Assembly (NCBI RefSeq): GCF_000143415.4
Contig: NW_003314263.1
Location: 1,242,165 to 1,306,164, forward strand
Length of the DNA stretch: 64,000 nt
Reading direction: 5' to 3'
Origin: Selaginella moellendorffii
Taxonomy: Eukaryota; Plantae; Lycopodiophyta
Position 1 is the stretch's first letter. Each line of letters opens with the position of its first letter. The translations under genes and the position numbers were made by a program. The notes under the pieces were generated by a model that was not told the origin of the DNA, made no database searches, and saw only the letters and a program-made list of their open reading frames with translations. Below, in pieces: positions 37,745 to 50,147 of this stretch.

Positions 37745-37818
37745 AGTCATTTTACTCGTGAACAATGTTGCAGCTGTCAAAGTCGAAAGCTGCAACATTG
37801 TTCACGAGTAAAATGACT
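37745..37818. repeat. Perfect 31-bp inverted repeat with 12-nt loop
   Basis: AGTCATTTTACTCGTGAACAATGTTGCAGCT (37745-37775) and its exact reverse complement (37788-37818). Confidence 0.9.
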
Positions 37819-40003
37819 ATAATTTTGGCTATAAAGCAATCTGTTGCTAAAATCAAGCTTTTAATAAGAGGAAGCTTAACTTATTATTTATGTTGTGTTG
37901 AGTGTTTTCAAACATTATTATGACTTTAAAATTTTTTAAATTTCAACACAGACAATTAAAGACTCATATGTATCTAATCCAGTATGCTCAAATTCAGTGA
38001 ATGAAAGGATTTATGGTAAGAAAACTTTGTTTGGATTTGTATGTATCATTATTATCAAATAATATTATATGAGCTTTGAATGCATATGCTATTATAGATT
38101 TTGTAGTGAATAAAACTTGCAAATTTAAATGGTGGTCTATAATTAATTAGTACATATATAAATATAATTATAGATAAATGTATAGCTAGAGATTTAAATT
38201 AAAACAAAGGAAGATGAGCCAGTTATACTTTGCCACATTATAGGCTATCAACTGCTTCAAGATCATCATGGTGGATTTTGAAGATAAATGATATAACACA
38301 ATATGGACTATAAGAAGTTGTGCAATTATAGATAGTGGAAATTAATGAAAGGATACTGTGATTATCCCACTAGAGCTTCTTTTAGACATTTAAAACTGCA
38401 TTCTTTTGGTGGCTGAAGCAAGCACAAATGTTGGTTGATGTTGATAATCTAAGGTACCTTGAAGACACCTCGAAGACACCACGACCCTTGTATAAAAACA
38501 CTACAAAAACTTAATACCCCTTAGCATAAATAATCCTAAACAAAAAATATATAGCTATTAAATTAAAATAAAAAGTAATAGTGTATCAGTTGAGCACACT
38601 ATACTCCATAATAAAAAAGTTGGCATAACTATAAGAATAAATCAATCAATACTCAGAGCAGCAGTATAACTCAGAAATAAGCTATGTAGAATATTTATTA
38701 TTCAGAAAATGTTGATTACAAGCCATATGTAAGTTTTCTATGTTACAACAATAAGAGCATATTTTGATGTGAGATATATACAGATTCAAAATTTTTTCTT
38801 ATGTATTTTGAATCTTTTGAACCCTTTCACTTTCAATTTTACATTAAAACATTTTTAGGAGGCAAATACTTTTAGGATGGCTTCTTATGTCCCTGTTTTT
38901 TATAGGTCCCATATGTTTCTCAGGTGATAGTTTTCCTTTTAAAAAGAGTTTTTATATTTTTTATTATATGTTGATAATGGTATAAAATTGTATGTCAAGA
39001 ACATATATAACATATATTTATGAATATTGTAATATGTTAGATCTAATTTTATAATTATTTTAAATTCGTTAAAATTTAAGTTTCAACAATCTAATTTATA
39101 ATACAAGAGAATGAAGAAGTAGAGACGATAAAATTCAATAATAACAATTTATTCACAAATGATAAGCTTGATACAATAATGTTATACAAAACAAAATGAA
39201 CTTATGTTTTACTATATATTGATAAGTTATTATATAACACTAAATAAAGTATCATATACAAAATATAATACTATTATTATAAAATTATTAATGTGGTAGA
39301 TATAAGTATGTTTATAATCATGTTATTTTCTATATAATTTCTGAATAATAAGTAATATTGAATAATTTATAACTAATGTATTTATAAATTTAACTTTCAT
39401 AGATTTTTAGCAATATGTGATTTTGAATCTTTTGGCTAGAGACAATCTTGTAGAACATTGTTAAAAGTTTTAAAATTTCTTAAAGCTTGTGAAATCATAC
39501 CTTCCATATATAGCTTACTAGCATGATATTACCTAATTATAATTTTGATAAAGCATGGTTTATTATTTTCACCATTATTTTTATCAAAATGGATATTTAA
39601 TTAGGAGCTGCTCTATTACATTTTAGCCTAAATCACTTTTATTGAAAAGTCCATATAAACCATTATTTAAACTTGTATTGGGTTTAATAATAATGCAAAC
39701 CTCAGGTATTGAATGTGACTATTAAAATATAAGAATTTAATATTAGGCTTGTAAAAGGTTAATAATTAAAAACCAGATAATGGATTTGCTACTCTTTTGA
39801 AATACATATTATTATTAATAATGGAAATTAATTTAGCTTTTACTAATTTGAGGATAGAAATATTTGTGGATATATCAAAATATTAGTACTTTAATAAGTA
39901 AGAATAAATTTCCAAATCATTTTTAGTTTTCAAGATTATTTTATTTCTAATCTAATTTTTATTATATCTTCTTTTATTTTTATTTCTATTTTTTTATTAT
40001 ATC

Positions 40004-40253
40004 TACTTTTAACTTTATAGTATATATTTTATTATGACTACTATATAACATCTTTTTACAACAAAATTATGTTTAATTTTAATAATTTAGTGTCGAATCA
40101 ATCAAATACTCTTTGTTCTATAAAGGTCTTGTTGTATAGAATAAAGAGTATTTGATTGACTTGATACTAAATTATTAAAATGAAACATAATTTTGTTGTA
40201 CAAAGATGTTATATAGTAGTCACAATAAAAGATATAATATAAAGTTAAATGTA
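40004..40253. repeat. Foldback element with ~115-bp imperfect inverted arms (MITE- or hairpin-like)
   Basis: GACTACTATATAACATCTTT...TCAATCAAATACTCTTT is mirrored by AAAGAGTATTTGATTGA...AAAGATGTTATATAGTAGTC around a ~12-nt loop. Confidence 0.8.
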
Positions 40254-40505
40254 AATAAATTAGTGATTATAGAAAATGATATACTTTATAACTTAAAATA
40301 GAAGAGTTGAATAGCTCCAGCCATTTTATCTTGTAAATTAGTTATACTTTTATCAATAATCTTATGATACTTATTACACATTCATCTATGAATCTAATCA
40401 TATTGAGTTGTTACTTAGCTCAGATATAGTCTAAGATTTGATATCATAATTTAGAATACTTCTTTTTACACTAATAATTTGTGCAAATAACGTCTACGCT
40501 TCCAG

Positions 40506-40736
40506 AACACAAGAGAGCAACTTACCTGGCGATTCGATGCTGTACTTGACACAATCGGTGTGGAGACCACAGAAGCACTTGGAGGTAACGTGCTGAAGCG
40601 TGGTGGTCACTACATGACGCTGCAGGTAAATCTCTTTTTAGATTATAGCCTCCTCGTGCTCAAACGAAGCACTCGTCGCAGGGAGAAGCGGTGAAACTGG
40701 CAGACAAATACGGCCTCATTGTTGGAGGCGGAAGCA
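40506..40736 (+). pseudogene. Two-exon fragment of a RTN4IP1-like zinc-binding dehydrogenase/quinone oxidoreductase
   Basis: RFDAVLDTIGVETTEALGGNVLKRGGHYMTLQ | GEAVKLADKYGLIVGG, with an intact 56-bp GT-AG intron (40626-40681), isolated in very AT-rich DNA. Confidence 0.65.
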
Positions 40737-43700
40737 TATAAATAAATATAATAACGTATAGGTAAAAATATGATTGAGACAACATTAGACACAATACAAA
40801 AGGCTACCATCTAAAAAAATGTGATGCATTAACACTTAAAACTTTTACTATTATTAAATTAATCTATGGACCATTCTGAAATTTTCTAATATATTATGGT
40901 TTTGGAAAAAAAAAGATTATGTATCATCAATAACTTAATGTCAGGGTAAAACCTTACCTTTCATTGAAAGATTTTAGCCTCAATAACATTGGTATGATGC
41001 TGTAAATTTATATAAAAATAATAATCTTAATTCATTTTTAGCACTCTCTCTATATTAAAAAAATATACAGAAAGAATGTTAATTATATATAATATAATAA
41101 TTTAACTTTGCTCAGTGCTCGGTGTGATCTTCGTATGGGAAACTTGGGTTTTTGCTTAACTTGCAAGAGTGTTTTGGAGGGCTAAACTAAGTACATTGAA
41201 CCTATCCCCAACAAGATTATCAACTGGCCATCATTGCACATACAATAAAGTCTCCTGGCTAACAAGCCCCTGTCTCCTTTCCAATGTCTTTCCTACATTA
41301 TGTAGGTGATTCAGTCATGCCTCAAGGTTGATAGACGAAGACGATTCAGTTTGCAGCTGTTTCTTGTTTATTCAAAAAATGCCCTCCATGTTGGTGTCTT
41401 AAAGGTACCTTTCATTTGCCTGTCTGGCTGCTGAATCTCCACATAAATTTTGTCTCTCTATGGATGTGGCATGACAGAAGAAAAGTGCAGTGACCTCTAA
41501 ACTCACTTCCCTCTCTTTGAGACTCACACAAATGAGCACAAAAGAGCCAACCAGACAAGTTTCTACACTCAAGTCTGACAGTCATTTTGCTGGTGTTTAT
41601 ATTACAAAATAGACAAATAATAAAATCAATTGTTGATTTTGATTTCCTGTCTTTACACAATGCATTAATGAAGCTAAGAACTATTATTTCCCTACTGGTT
41701 TGTTTTATTTTTTTCTAGCAGCAAGGTTGTTTTTCTGTAGAGACAAATTGATCTGGAATCTCAGATTTTCCTACAAACAAAATCAAGGCCGTATAAGGAA
41801 TGTTGTGTAAGGGAACAGAGTATTGATTATGGCACTAAATTCAACCGCTTCAATAAATTGACAAAAATAAACCATCAAAATTATATTTCTGAGTCTTCAA
41901 GATTAGTATTTTCAATATGGTTTTTTTAAAATGTTATTATGAAAATATGTTTTGTGAGTGTAAACACTACAGTTTTATATTTTAAATTATATCTTGATAA
42001 TTGTATTGTATTGTATTTAATAAAACCAAAATCTTCTTACACTTAGAAGGAAGAAGTGGTTCTTGCAATATAAAATAATTCATGTACATAGAAGTATGCT
42101 AAAATTAGTTTTATAATTTTTATTTTTATCTTTTTTAAAATCTAGGTTTCAGCAATCTATTTTATAATACAAGAGAATGATAAAGTAGAGAGGATAAAAT
42201 GAAAAATAACACTTTACTCACAAATGATAAGCTTGATACAAATTTTTAAAATGAAAATACAAAAGAAATTAGGCTTTTATATTATATATTGAAAATGTTA
42301 TTGGATTAATATAAATATATTATCATTCATAGAATATGTTTAGTAATGTGTGAGGTTCATATTTATAACTAAAAGTTTAATATTTTATATCTAAGTATAT
42401 TTATAATATTGAGAAGTACTATTAAGTTAAAGTTAATAATATTTAACAAAAACTAAAGTAATACTATTAATATTAATAGAAGTGATTATTGTATTGATTA
42501 ACTTTCTTAAATTACTAATTAATGCTGAAAGTAATTTTAAAACTATTAATTGGTTACATGAAGAACATTTATGAGTAATTTTATGTTCTCAAATTATTTA
42601 AAAACATTAATACTTAGTATGATTTGACTCCATTTATCTATATATCTATATTATGGGAGAGAATGAAGGTATGATATGTTGTTACTATAAGTGCAATGTG
42701 CTGGTTGATGCAACTACAAAGAAATCACAAACCCTAATTTTCTTCAAAGAAAAGTTTTAATCCTAACATGAATTCATGGATTTGTATTATACATTCCTTT
42801 TCTTTCATGTGTATTTATTTAAAATGTTAAAAAATATACCTCTTGCATTTAGTCTATTGAAGTTTTAATCATAATAATAAGGTTTTCTCCAAAACTTTTG
42901 TCATTTGAAATATGAAGAAATAAAGGAAAAATAAATAAGAAAATTAATTAGCAATGTACAAAATGTAATTACACCTATCAAAATAATTGATAAGAATTTC
43001 ATTATAATATTTAGTGTCAGTAATGTACTAGTCAAATTCACTAACTAATTGTAATAACACTTCAAGAACACTAAAACCACTATGAAGGAAATCCCTAAAA
43101 ATTTTCACCATGATATTTTTTATGTTTAATTCCATAGATTTATAATCAAATTTCTTAAATTAATATTATATTTAGGTCAAGTTCTATAAAATATTTTCTG
43201 CATACTTTTGCTATATATGCTAAGTACACTTACAATATCATTATAATTTAACATTCATAAAAAATATGCATAAAATAAAATTTTAAAATATAAATCAAAT
43301 TTACTGATATGACATGGTGTGGATTTGGGGTTTTTGAAAAAGGAGAAATTGTTGGGCTCCAATATTTTCCAACTCTAAGGGATCTAGGTATATCTGACCA
43401 CATTTACCTTGATCTTAATTAAGTTCCCTTACTAAGGTTTTTGTCTATTGTACCAACTTCTACTCGGTCTTACTTAAATTCAACTATTCATTATACAAGC
43501 AATGAAGTATTAACATCTTTTTACAGATTCCCAAACTCTCTCCCCTTTTTCATATTAGACTTAACTTAAAGTTTGGCTATACTCCCCATAGACACAAGTA
43601 ACCAAGTATACAAAACCTCTAGGTTCTTAACATTCCTTGGTACAACAAGAATTATTCATAAAACTTTTTAAATCCTAAACCTCATATGCATCTTCTAGTT

Positions 43701-44564
43701 CAAAATCTCAAAAGGAAACACCATGGCATAATAACCTAATATAGGTACCTCTATTTCTCAATCCCCTAGAAGGGGAGAGGACAATTGAGTCATATGGTAC
43801 TCAAGTGAGGCACCACTCCATTTAAGTTGAGAGCACTAAAGCTGGTTTCTTTTTTAGGAGTGGTAGTTACTTTTAAGCACTTTCTTGAGGGGCACTAGAA
43901 AGTTCCTTTCAAGACTAAGTCTTTATCTTTGCTATTTTTATTATACTTTTAAAACACCTTATAGTGCCTCTTTTCTTTAGGATATTATCACTTCGAGCTT
44001 TCACCCTACAACCTATATTAGTCTTTGGACTCGGCCTTCAATTTGATCTTGGACTTGGTCTTAGACTTGATTTTGGACTTAATCTTGGACCCAATCTTGG
44101 ATTTTGAGGACTCGGATGCGGTCTCAAACTTGGTTTTAGACTCGGTTTTATCAGATAAATTCTATATTGTTTTGATTGTGATTTCAAGAGATCTTTTAGC
44201 CTAAAACATTTTAAAGAGTTGGTTCCTTACATAAGATCTAAAAGAGGATGCAAGAAGTCACATGAGTGGTTAATCAAGGAAGAACTTACAAAGTTCATTA
44301 CATACTAAACCAACTACATAAAGGGATAGAGATATTGAAGGTGTTGTTCAAGATGTTTAGATGGGTTATAGAGGCAAATTTAGACATGTGTGGAAAGGTC
44401 TTTGTGATATGTGAAAAGGAACCTCTTTATCCAGTTTGCACATAATTAATATATACCAGACCATATAAAGTATATTCCTTACACCTTCAATATATATTTT
44501 TGGTTTGCTTAAGAGAAACCTGTAGAGAGTATACTTGCTTAAGAGAAACCTGTAGAGAGTATAC

Positions 44565-47500
44565 TCGCACATATTAATATGTATACCAAACTATATAAAG
44601 TATATTCCTTATACCTTCAAATTTATATTTATATATTTTTGGTTGTTATTCATTTAAATTAATCTTGTATTTATAATTTATAAACATTCTTCAGCACTTT
44701 CTAGTATATTCTTTTTTATTTTACCATCTAATGGTTGATATACAATAAGATTAATCTTGTGTTTATAATATATAAACATATTTATAATTATAAATTTTAT
44801 AGGAGTAACATTACTATTAAACAAACCATAGTAAATTATTTAATTATTTTCTACCTATTCTATGATAAGGTATATCCTCTCCCTTAAAATTATCTTGTGA
44901 GTGCTCAGGATGTAGAAATAGGTATATTAATTGGGGTTTAGACCCCTACTTATATACAAGAATGGATGGTCCATATGCTATAGTACTATAATTAGTGTAT
45001 TACCTAGCCAAGCTAGGTGTATTAGGTCCTTTATACACACACAACTAAAGAAAAAAGTTTGACACAATTAACAGCAAAATGTAAATTAAAAACACTTGAT
45101 GCTACATACTTATATTTAATTGACTCCACACTACAATTTTAAAATGACTTAAAACTGGTCTATAAAATATATAGAATGTATGGAAAATTTAATAATTGTT
45201 TATCTTTGAAATAAACTACTCATTGCTATCTCTCATGGCATGATATCCAAATGACAAATATTCTAAACCATCTTAAGTTCCATAATAAATTTGCCAACCA
45301 AGATACATTCCCAGCAGAGCATGGATCCTTGCTATAGGAAAGTTATGGTTATTAACTTTTATTCATGAGGGCATGAATTTGCAAAAATGTATAGTGAGTT
45401 ATATGCAACAAAAAAGAACAATTCAAAAGATGATTATATAGAAGTTCAAATATAAAGGGAAAAGGTTTTTAAATAAGAATGCACATTTTTTTCTAATTGG
45501 TTATGTATTCATCTTATGTATGTTTTCTAAATGTAAAACCAGAAGAAATTCAGATCATATTGGTAAACTATGCATCATTACAGCTCAGATAAATTAAAAT
45601 TATAATTTCTCCAAACTAACCTATTATTATTGGTAGTCTATGATTCTTTGTTTTTGTGATAACTCAATTGCTTTTAAAGCATGGCAGCAATCCTGTAGAT
45701 GTGTTTAGGGTTGTGAACATTTTTATAAAAGCAATAAAAACATCAAATCCAAATTTAATGATGATAACAAATGATCTTATCTTCCTGAACACTTGCATTA
45801 TTATCTATTTGCATTATTGTGCATTTCTTTGGAGATGAATAGTAGAAAAGTTTAGATAAATTTAACTTTGTATACAATAAAAATTTAAATTTAAAAATTG
45901 TAAAATTAGAAAAGAAGATTTATTTATTTTAGGTATGCTATATCTTTCTGCATATTATAATTTGATATAAAATCAATAGTTTTATAATAATTTTATCACA
46001 CTATGTAATCATATAGATTACGACAATAAGGGTATACATAATAGAAATTCTATTATTATTTAGTAAACTATGAATGTTAAAGGCATCATTACAATTCAGA
46101 TAGTAAAGAAGTTAACTCAGTACACAATTAAATTATAACTTCACCAAACCAGTTATAAAACCTATTATTCTTTGGTATAATTCTTTGATTTTGTGAAAAC
46201 TCAATTGTTTTAAAAGGTTGGCACCAATCTTGTGGATATGTTTAGGGTTTTGTACCTTTTTGGAAAGGCAATAAAAACAAATTCAAATTTAAATTTCATG
46301 ATGATGAAAAATGATTTTAACTTCCCCAACATATGCATTATTCTCTAATTGCATTATTGTGCATTACTCTAGAGATGAATAGTAGCAAAGTTTATATAAT
46401 TTTAATCTTGTATACAATAAAAATTTCTAACATTCTAAAATTAGAAAAGAAGATTTATTTATCTTGGCCCAACAGAGCTTTTGGGATGGTAGTGAATATA
46501 CCTAGAATATTCTTGAATATTCTAGGATATTTTACCATCTAACAGTTGTTATTTATTAAGATTAATCTTGTATTTATGTTTATAATTTATAAAATTTCTT
46601 AAATACTTTCTAGTATATTATTTTTTATTCTACCATCTTAATCTTGTGTTTATAAATTATAAACATCTTTATAATTATAAATTTTTATTTGATCAATTAG
46701 ATTAATAAGTAGGAATAACAATACTATTAAACAAACCAATCGTTGTTATAGTAAATTATTTAATTATTTTCTACCTATTACATGATAAGGTATATCCCCT
46801 CCCTTAAATTTATTTTAAATTATTTTCTGCCGCTATATTAACTTTGCCCTAGCTAAATATAGATACGTTTTAAGATTGACTACATGAATAATAACTTCAA
46901 GCTTCTAGCTTGAAGTTAGCAAAAGAACTCTTTCAGAATCCATGGCTCGCTTTGGATGGATTCACGCTGCAGTCTCTTCAAATGCATAGTCCGAGCATTT
47001 TCCTGGCGGGACGAGGATGCTAGATTCTCAATATAAAGTTAGGAAAAGAAGATTTTCTTTTAGAATCCATGGCTCACTTTGGATGGATTCACGCTGCGGT
47101 CAACTCAAATGCATAGTCCGAGCCCGTGACTATTTTCCTGAGCAAAAAAACGCCAAGATCTAAGGTCTCGAGAACAAAACTACGATGACTCACCTCAATC
47201 TCACGCTACGAAGCTCACAGTTCGCAAACCTAAATCGCACAAGTGTAAGTACCAAGCAAATCTAGCATCCAAACACGCCGCTTACACTGTCTTGTTCACA
47301 GCTTCGTTGCCAAACTTTGTCACAAGGTTGGTCAGAAAGCCTGCGTGGGAGACGACGGCAATCTCCTCCTCTCCACGACTCCATAGCCTGCAAGCTTGAT
47401 CAGAAACTTACAACAGCTTTCGCAGACTGCCCACGTACCATTCTAGAAAAGCTCTCGCCCTTTTGTCGAGCTCCTCTTCTAGTTCTCTTCTGTCAGGCTT

Positions 47501-49499
47501 CCACAGCTCGTCCTGGTCCTGTTCGATCTGATAGAGAAGAGAAACAGAGTTGGATCAAGTCACACAACTCGATCGAGTCGAATGATCCTTACGTTCGAAA
47601 AGCCAATCCCTGGAAACTGAATTTCGGATTTGCTCCTGGGACTCCTCTGATCGCATGGCATGGTACCCTGTTCATCAAAACTTCGCGTCAACTAGCTACA
47701 TTGACAGAGAGAAAAAATATGGGAGAGCCAACATACCAATTTCTCCCTGCAAAGCTCCAGTGCTACGAAAGGAGGGGAGTTTGCACTGGAGATGGCTGGT
47801 CGTGGACACCGTCCAACGTTGTCTACCATCAGAGGAGCTGCTAGTTGATCAGTGGTATCAGTGAAATTCCCTCCTCCAAAGATCCCAGATGCAGTTTGGA
47901 GCGTCCTGGAAGGCAAACTTAGAAGAGTTCTCGAGAGGAGAAATCACACTACCGAGTCAAGGGCGACACCACAACAAGCTCCACTCGGTCTCTCAATCCG
48001 GAAATCCTGAATTCCCTGTGAAGAAACTCAGCCTTGAAGGAGAGCGATCGATCATTTACCAAATGAATGGAGCAAAGGGAAAGGAAAGGACTTACTTGTT
48101 CCCATCCAGTAGCCGTGAGGCTCGCGTCGGCGTGCTCGTAGTAAATGGGCATCACAGCAGCTGGGGAGGAGGAGGGACGAGGAGGCGCTGGGGAAACGAT
48201 GCAGCACAAGAGAAGCCACAGGCATCGAAAAGCCCTCAAGATGTGCTTGAGCGTGAGGCGCCGCCATCTCCCGTCCAGGAAAATCTTCCAGGAGCTCCTC
48301 ATTTGCAGTAGAATCTCACCTTGGACGTTGTGGAAGGCCTGGCCATGGCGCACAAGGTGTAGCACCTTGGAATCCATCCCTCTCTCTCGCGAAGAACCCT
48401 AAAAACGTCCACTAATTTTAGCATTGGCCCATTTCCGTACGTTTGGGGTTTTGGCGCTAACTTGTACCATCCATCGTTTGAAATTTGGGTTTTATTTTGC
48501 ATGCCTTGGTTGCGGAGCGATGGCGCTGGCGATGGTTTGCGCGATGGCGATCGTCTGCGTCGCGATTGCGCCATTCTTGCTCAGCGTCGCATTCGACGCG
48601 GCAATGGCCAGGGAGCCTACGCGATACTGTCATGATCCATCGTCTCGGGCGAGGTATGCAAGCTTTCTTGCCGATTCTCTCTCGATTCATGGTGATTATG
48701 CATTCTCGACGCTTGTCTCTCCAGAGATTTCGTGTTTCCTGTCCCGATTGCAAGCTTTCTAGTGCTTTCTCGTTTCCTAGACCCCGAGCTGTCCCGATTC
48801 ATGGTTTCTACTTTGTTTCTCCACAGACTTCTTGCTTCTTATCCCGATTGCAAGCTTTCCAGTGGTTTCTTGCTTCTTATCCCGGTCCTAACGCGGATTC
48901 TCGAGATTTAACTCGTCGAGATTGCAAGCTTTCCCGTGATTTCTTATGCCGATCCTATGCGGATTCGTTTCTATGCTGATTGCAGTGGCAACGTCACGGC
49001 TGTGTTCCCCAAACAGATCCGCGCGATGAAGCGCCTTCAGAAGAATATCGTGAACGAGAACTCTACCAGCGTACATTTGGTTTGATTTGGAACTTCACTC
49101 ACTGCTCACTGCTCACGTAAACTTTCGTTTTCAGACTCCCCCACCGCAGTGGCTTCCCGTTCTCACGAAGTACCTTACGCACCAAGTTCCTGGGGACAAG
49201 CCAGAGTACTCGTTCGGGGGCATCGATGGATTCGTCAACGTTCTCTTTCCCACACAGTTTCGCACTCTACGGGAAGTTCATGGCTTCAAGGATGACAAGG
49301 AGTTTGTTGAAACGTTGAACACCGCACGCCCGAGGACGATGGCCAGCTCTAGGAGTGGAGCGAAGTTTTTCACCACTGCCAGCGAGCGAGTCATCGTGAA
49401 GCTGGTTTCTCACCGTGATATGAGTGCGCTGCGACGAATAGCAGAAGATTACTTCCTGTACACCCAGCAGCTGGAGACATCGTTCGCGATAATACTGGG
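44565..49499 (-). repeat. Right arm of the inverted repeat (partner 20627-25582)
   Basis: Reverse complement of the left arm. Identity ends abruptly at 49499, near the end of kinase exon 3. Confidence 0.95.
47089..48377 (-). CDS. Phosphoglycerate-mutase-like histidine phosphatase, copy B
   Basis: Mirror copy of 21749-23037 with identical translated ORFs in the track. Confidence 0.85.
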
Positions 49500-50147
49500 A
49501 GCGTACGAGGTAAATTTATAAGCACCTCGAGAGCAATTCTCATATTGCTTTTCGTGTCATAGATCTGGACCGCACCGAGGAAGGGCGAGAGCGAACTTTC
49601 CAACGTCCTTGTCATTGAAGCCACAGATCCTCCCAGGAGCTTTCTTCAAGCCACAACGATGCACCATGATCTCAAGGGGTTTGTACAGTTCTGGGTGCCC
49701 GACAGTGACGCATACTTCACCACGCCATTCTCGCTCACAAGTTTCTCTCACCGCAAGCTGTTCTGTCTTGTCGAGCGGGACACGTACTTCCTCCAGGTAA
49801 TCTGGCTGGAAAACATCCGTGCTTGATTCATGTTGCGATTGTTTGGCGTTTTGCAGAGACAGGGGCTCACGGATTACTCGGTGTTGGTGTTCCAGACCGA
49901 TGAGGAGCACATCTTTGTTTCCCTGATTGATTACTTGTCGATTTACTCCTGGAAGACTGCCTACGGCCATGCTCAAATCAATCTAAGGATAATCAAGCGC
50001 CGTTTGCTGGATTGGATTCGCGTGCGCATGGGATGCATCATTACAGAGGAGATCATCAAGAAGAGAATGCAGGAGGACTGTGTGATACACCCCTGTAGCT
50101 ACCGAGCGAGACTGTTGAGAGGTATGGCAAGGTACTTCCCTTTGTAG
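48520..50147 (+). CDS. FAB1-like PIP-kinase domain protein, copy B (chimeric: 5' part identical to A, 3' part diverged; ~372 aa)
   Basis: Predicted exons 48520-48653, 48986-49070, 49135-49509, 49563-49796, 49857-50147. Frame intact; retains VIVK, DLKG, DYSVL and LIDYL. Confidence 0.72.

Noticed and set aside
39076-42290. Diverged ~150-bp direct repeat (~39076 and ~42146) as evidence for a Helitron or LTR pair
   Set aside because: No TG...CA ends, TSD, CTRR terminus or helicase motif could be identified.
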